The notes under the pieces were generated by a model that was not told the DNA's origin, ran no database searches, and saw nothing but the letters and a program-made list of their open reading frames with translations. A stretch of DNA of 64,000 nucleotides from a virus (Duplodnaviria > Caudoviricetes), in IMG/VR virus record IMGVR_UViG_3300032321_001270, positions 1 through 64,000 of that record, one strand, 5' to 3'. Made by a program: the position numbers and the translations under genes. Below, in pieces: positions 61,473-64,000 of the stretch. Position 1 is the stretch's first letter; the number at the start of each line of letters is the position of its first letter.

Positions 61473-61829
61473 CTAACCCGCGTGTTCTAACTCTCGACGA
61501 CGACGTGCTCGTGCCCAAGGCGACCGATTCCAATACCAGCCCCGCCAACGATTGCAATATCCACGCCACCGCCGGCGCAACTTGTGATACCACTTGTTGC
61601 GGCCGATGGTGGTTAAATAATGCTGCGTCCAGAAGCTCATCGACTCGTCCGATGTTCCGTCGATATAGCTTTCCCCGCAATCGAAGCACCGATTCGCCGG
61701 TACGCGAAACACCGGAACTTGGTGTTGCTGTCCGTCAATCAGCATCGACATGACGTCATTGAATTCAACGGCTTCAATACGCCCACCGCAGTGCATGCAC
61801 TTTAACGACTTGTAAATTGGCTTACCCAT
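61473..61829 (-). CDS. YgiT/MqsA-type zinc-finger protein
   Basis: CMHCGG...VPANRCFDCGESYID; GGAGG RBS. Confidence 0.6.
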   Translation of the reverse strand: MGKPIYKSLKCMHCGGRIEAVEFNDVMSMLIDGQQHQVPVFRVPANRCFDCGESYIDGTSDESMSFWTQHYLTTIGRNKWYHKLRRRWRGYCNRWRGWYWNRSPWARARRRRELEHAG

Positions 61830-61841
61830 GTCGCCCTCCAA

Positions 61842-61926
61842 TGGCCAAGGCGGGAATCGAACCCGCACGGGAAGTTATTCCCAGCGGATTTTAAGTCCGC
61901 TGCGTCTGCCGTTTCGCCACTCGGCC
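61842..61926 (-). tRNA. tRNA-Leu (TAA)
   Basis: GCGGA-CTTAAAA-TCCGC with a long variable arm. Confidence 0.95.
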
Positions 61927-61935
61927 AACCGCCTG

Positions 61936-62232
61936 CTAAACCAGCGCCGGATCTTCCCGCTCGGCGGGAGCAGGATACTTGTCGGGGTGACCGATGTGCA
62001 TGAACTTATCGCGCCCCGACCGACTATGCGTGCCGCATCCTGATCGCAAAATCATTGCTTCCTTGAAGTACTGATACACGCGATCGATGTCCAGATACTC
62101 ACGATACGTCAACCCAGCCTCCAATTGCCGCGGCCGATCCAGCATTTCTCGCAGCGTATTCAAATGCTCGGCGATCTTGTCGTTGTAGTACTCGGCCGTC
62201 GTTTCCAGATCATCTTTGCCGTTGTTGATCAT
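61936..62232 (-). CDS. Hypothetical protein
   Basis: Start re-called at MINNGK (GAGG RBS). Confidence 0.5.
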   Translation of the reverse strand: MINNGKDDLETTAEYYNDKIAEHLNTLREMLDRPRQLEAGLTYREYLDIDRVYQYFKEAMILRSGCGTHSRSGRDKFMHIGHPDKYPAPAEREDPALV

Positions 62233-62440
62233 ACACGTACCTCTTGTCCCCAATTTGACACCACCAACGCTGCCCATCATTCCAGTAGATGGGTGTAACA
62301 GACGCTGACGGGGGTTGCAACTCGGTCGGTTTCGGGTGGGCTTTTTGATACTCTTCGTAGCTTTCCCACGCGATTCCGGCCAACATCAGCAACGCCGTGA
62401 TCAACCCGATTAAGTTACCTTTAATCTCGATCCCCTTCAT
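62210..62440 (-). CDS. Small single-TM protein
   Basis: AAGGAGG RBS; LIGLITALLMLAGIAW. Confidence 0.55.
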   Translation of the reverse strand: MKGIEIKGNLIGLITALLMLAGIAWESYEEYQKAHPKPTELQPPSASVTPIYWNDGQRWWCQIGDKRYVYDQQRQR

Positions 62441-62486
62441 TTCAAACCTCCTTGTTTAGAAATGAAACCCAAAAAGAATCCCCCAA

Positions 62487-62560
62487 TGCCTCCTCTAGGA
62501 TTCGAACCTAGGACCAACGGATTAAAAGTCCGATGCTCTAACCAGCTGAGCTAAGGAGGC
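62487..62560 (-). tRNA. tRNA-Lys (TTT)
   Basis: TCGGA-CTTTTAA-TCCGT; full cloverleaf. Confidence 0.95.
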
Positions 62561-62593
62561 CCAACGTTTAACGCCTGTTGGTGGCGAAGCGCT

Positions 62594-63157
62594 TTACCGT
62601 GCGCCAGCGTTCGTGAGGCGGCATGAGCCGTCTTGGCACGCAGGACCGGCCTGCAATTCCTCACGAGTTACCTCACGGACGTTGCCGCCCATCAGGTGTG
62701 CTTTCCACTTGCCGCGCACTTTGTGCAGGACAAGTTCAAACTCGCACAACTCCCACGGCGGAAGCATAGCTGAGCGCGAGCGAAACTCGGAGTACGGGAG
62801 GTCTTTGTCATCTTCTCCGCCGGCAAGAGTTTCTTGCACGACTTTGACGGTGACTGTTTGTCCGTACTCGGTCATCTCGGCAGAAACGAAGTCAACAGAT
62901 ATAAGCCGCGCATACACGTCAACCTCGTCAAAAAACTGTTTGAGTTCTTTGACAAAAGTTTCTCGATTAGGTGTGTAGGGCGTCATCGTATCCATTACCG
63001 CGTCAACATCCTCGGCGTTGCTAGCGGCGAGGTTTTGTTGAACGACCGTCTCGATGAGCTGCATTTCTTTTTTGCCGCGAGCGTTTAAACCCGCAGCGGA
63101 AGCAATGCCGGCCATCATCAGAACAGTCAAAATTACAGAGGTCACAACTTTAATCAT
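62594..63157 (-). CDS. Exported NTF2/SnoaL-like protein
   Basis: Signal peptide; NAEDVDAVMDTM...HKVRGKWK pattern. Confidence 0.5.
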   Translation of the reverse strand: MIKVVTSVILTVLMMAGIASAAGLNARGKKEMQLIETVVQQNLAASNAEDVDAVMDTMTPYTPNRETFVKELKQFFDEVDVYARLISVDFVSAEMTEYGQTVTVKVVQETLAGGEDDKDLPYSEFRSRSAMLPPWELCEFELVLHKVRGKWKAHLMGGNVREVTREELQAGPACQDGSCRLTNAGAR

Positions 63158-63338
63158 CTCGCTGACTCCTTGTTAAACAGATGTGAGCAAAGCCGCCGCA
63201 AAGCGCCCAGCCCACAAATGCGCCCGTTACGTCTACCGCTTCTCCCATTTGGAAGGACCGCGCTGCTTCTAGCCCAAGAACAGCGCCGGCCACGGTACAC
63301 GCAACGATCAAGATTTCACGGACAATCGGGTATGGCAT
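63150..63338 (-). CDS. Two-TM small membrane protein
   Basis: AAGGAGG RBS; two hydrophobic helices. Confidence 0.55.
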   Translation of the reverse strand: MPYPIVREILIVACTVAGAVLGLEAARSFQMGEAVDVTGAFVGWALCGGFAHICLTRSQRDD

Positions 63339-63404
63339 GTCATCCTCCTTGCACCGCCCGAATGTGTGCTATATCCACGAACACATATTCGCGGGGCACA
63401 AGGA

Positions 63405-63433
63405 ATATGCCCGATAATTAGCAGAAATTTAGC
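63405..63433 (-). promoter_or_regulatory. Phage-specific promoter-like motif, copy 7
   Basis: GCTAAATT-N12-CGGGCATAT, 67 nt upstream of the 63338 start. Confidence 0.6.
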
Positions 63434-63437
63434 ACGT

Positions 63438-64000
63438 TTATCGACTGCAAAAAGTGGGTATATCCCAGTCTTTTTTTTCGTGCTTTTCGGGCAATGTGTA
63501 CCAACCTTTGTCGTATAGCTGATAGATCTTCTGAAATGCCTCGTCATATCTAGCGCCACACGCCTGAAGGCTGTACGTATCACGAGCCGCTTTGGCTATG
63601 GCGGCGCGGTCAAGTGAACCAACCTTGCCCAGAGCTGTCAACCAGTCGGCCAGCGTCTTACAGCGAAAGCCGTTGAAACCGGGCTGGACGGTTTCCGTGA
63701 AAGCTCCGTAGTCAGTTGTGATCAGCGGCGTACCGCACAGCAGACCTTCGACACCAGAACCGCCAAACGGCTCAATGAAGTTGGTCGGCATGAGCGAGCA
63801 GATGGCGTTGCGCATGAAATCGCTGCGCTCTGTACCGGCGAGCGGACCTTTGTAGATGATATTTGGATGCGCCCAGCGCTCGTGGTCGCCCTGTCCGCAC
63901 AACACGATTTTCGGCCCGTCGGTATGTATGTGTTTGGCAATCTCTTGAATCGTGTCGAGACCCTTGCAGGCATCAATACGACCGAGAAACGCATAGTAGC
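63438..64000 (-). CDS. GT-B (family 4) glycosyltransferase, 5' part outside the window
   Basis: FLGRIDACKG...EPFGGSGVEGLLCGTPLITTDYGAFTE. Confidence 0.85.
   Translation of the reverse strand, partial: YYAFLGRIDACKGLDTIQEIAKHIHTDGPKIVLCGQGDHERWAHPNIIYKGPLAGTERSDFMRNAICSLMPTNFIEPFGGSGVEGLLCGTPLITTDYGAFTETVQPGFNGFRCKTLADWLTALGKVGSLDRAAIAKAARDTYSLQACGARYDEAFQKIYQLYDKGWYTLPEKHEKKDWDIPTFCSR

Noticed and set aside
1-64000. Stop-codon reassignment
   Set aside because: Conserved genes are intact in code 11, TAA, TAG and TGA all terminate genes, and no suppressor tRNA was seen

Overview
This 64-kb window looks like part of a large (jumbo-type) tailed bacteriophage genome rather than a bacterial chromosome. 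GC is moderately high, almost all genes are on the minus strand, and the genetic code appears standard. A Planctomycetota-like host is inferred from gene content only. (1) 1-28 kb is a virion morphogenesis block: probable HK97-type major capsid gene (truncated at the window edge), decoration, scaffold-like and prohead-protease-like genes, and many Gly/Ala-rich proteins carrying a recurrent K-x-A motif. Embedded in it is a phage multisubunit RNA polymerase with an unusual layout: one chain is a complete beta fused to the catalytic N-half of beta' (GADFDGD), and a separate gene encodes the C-half of beta'. (2) 28-47 kb mixes lysis-like genes, an actin-like ATPase, homing endonucleases, dCMP deaminase, PhoH, an AlkB-like protein, a poxvirus NPH-I/VETF-like SF2 helicase fusion, proteases, and a family of proteins sharing an N-terminal P-x-[E/D/Q]-F-G...K-x-A leader. 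(3) 47.8-59 kb is an accessory region of small cassettes. Several are preceded by a conserved non-sigma70 promoter-like motif (GCTRAATW-N12-CGGGCATAT; 7 copies including one at 63.4 kb) and bounded by terminators and a repeated ATAGCTAAA 9-mer. (4) 59.4-62.6 kb holds a tmRNA, a candidate ~330-nt structured RNA and six tRNAs; a seventh tRNA lies at 28.6 kb. Family assignments come from motif recognition by eye, not database searches.
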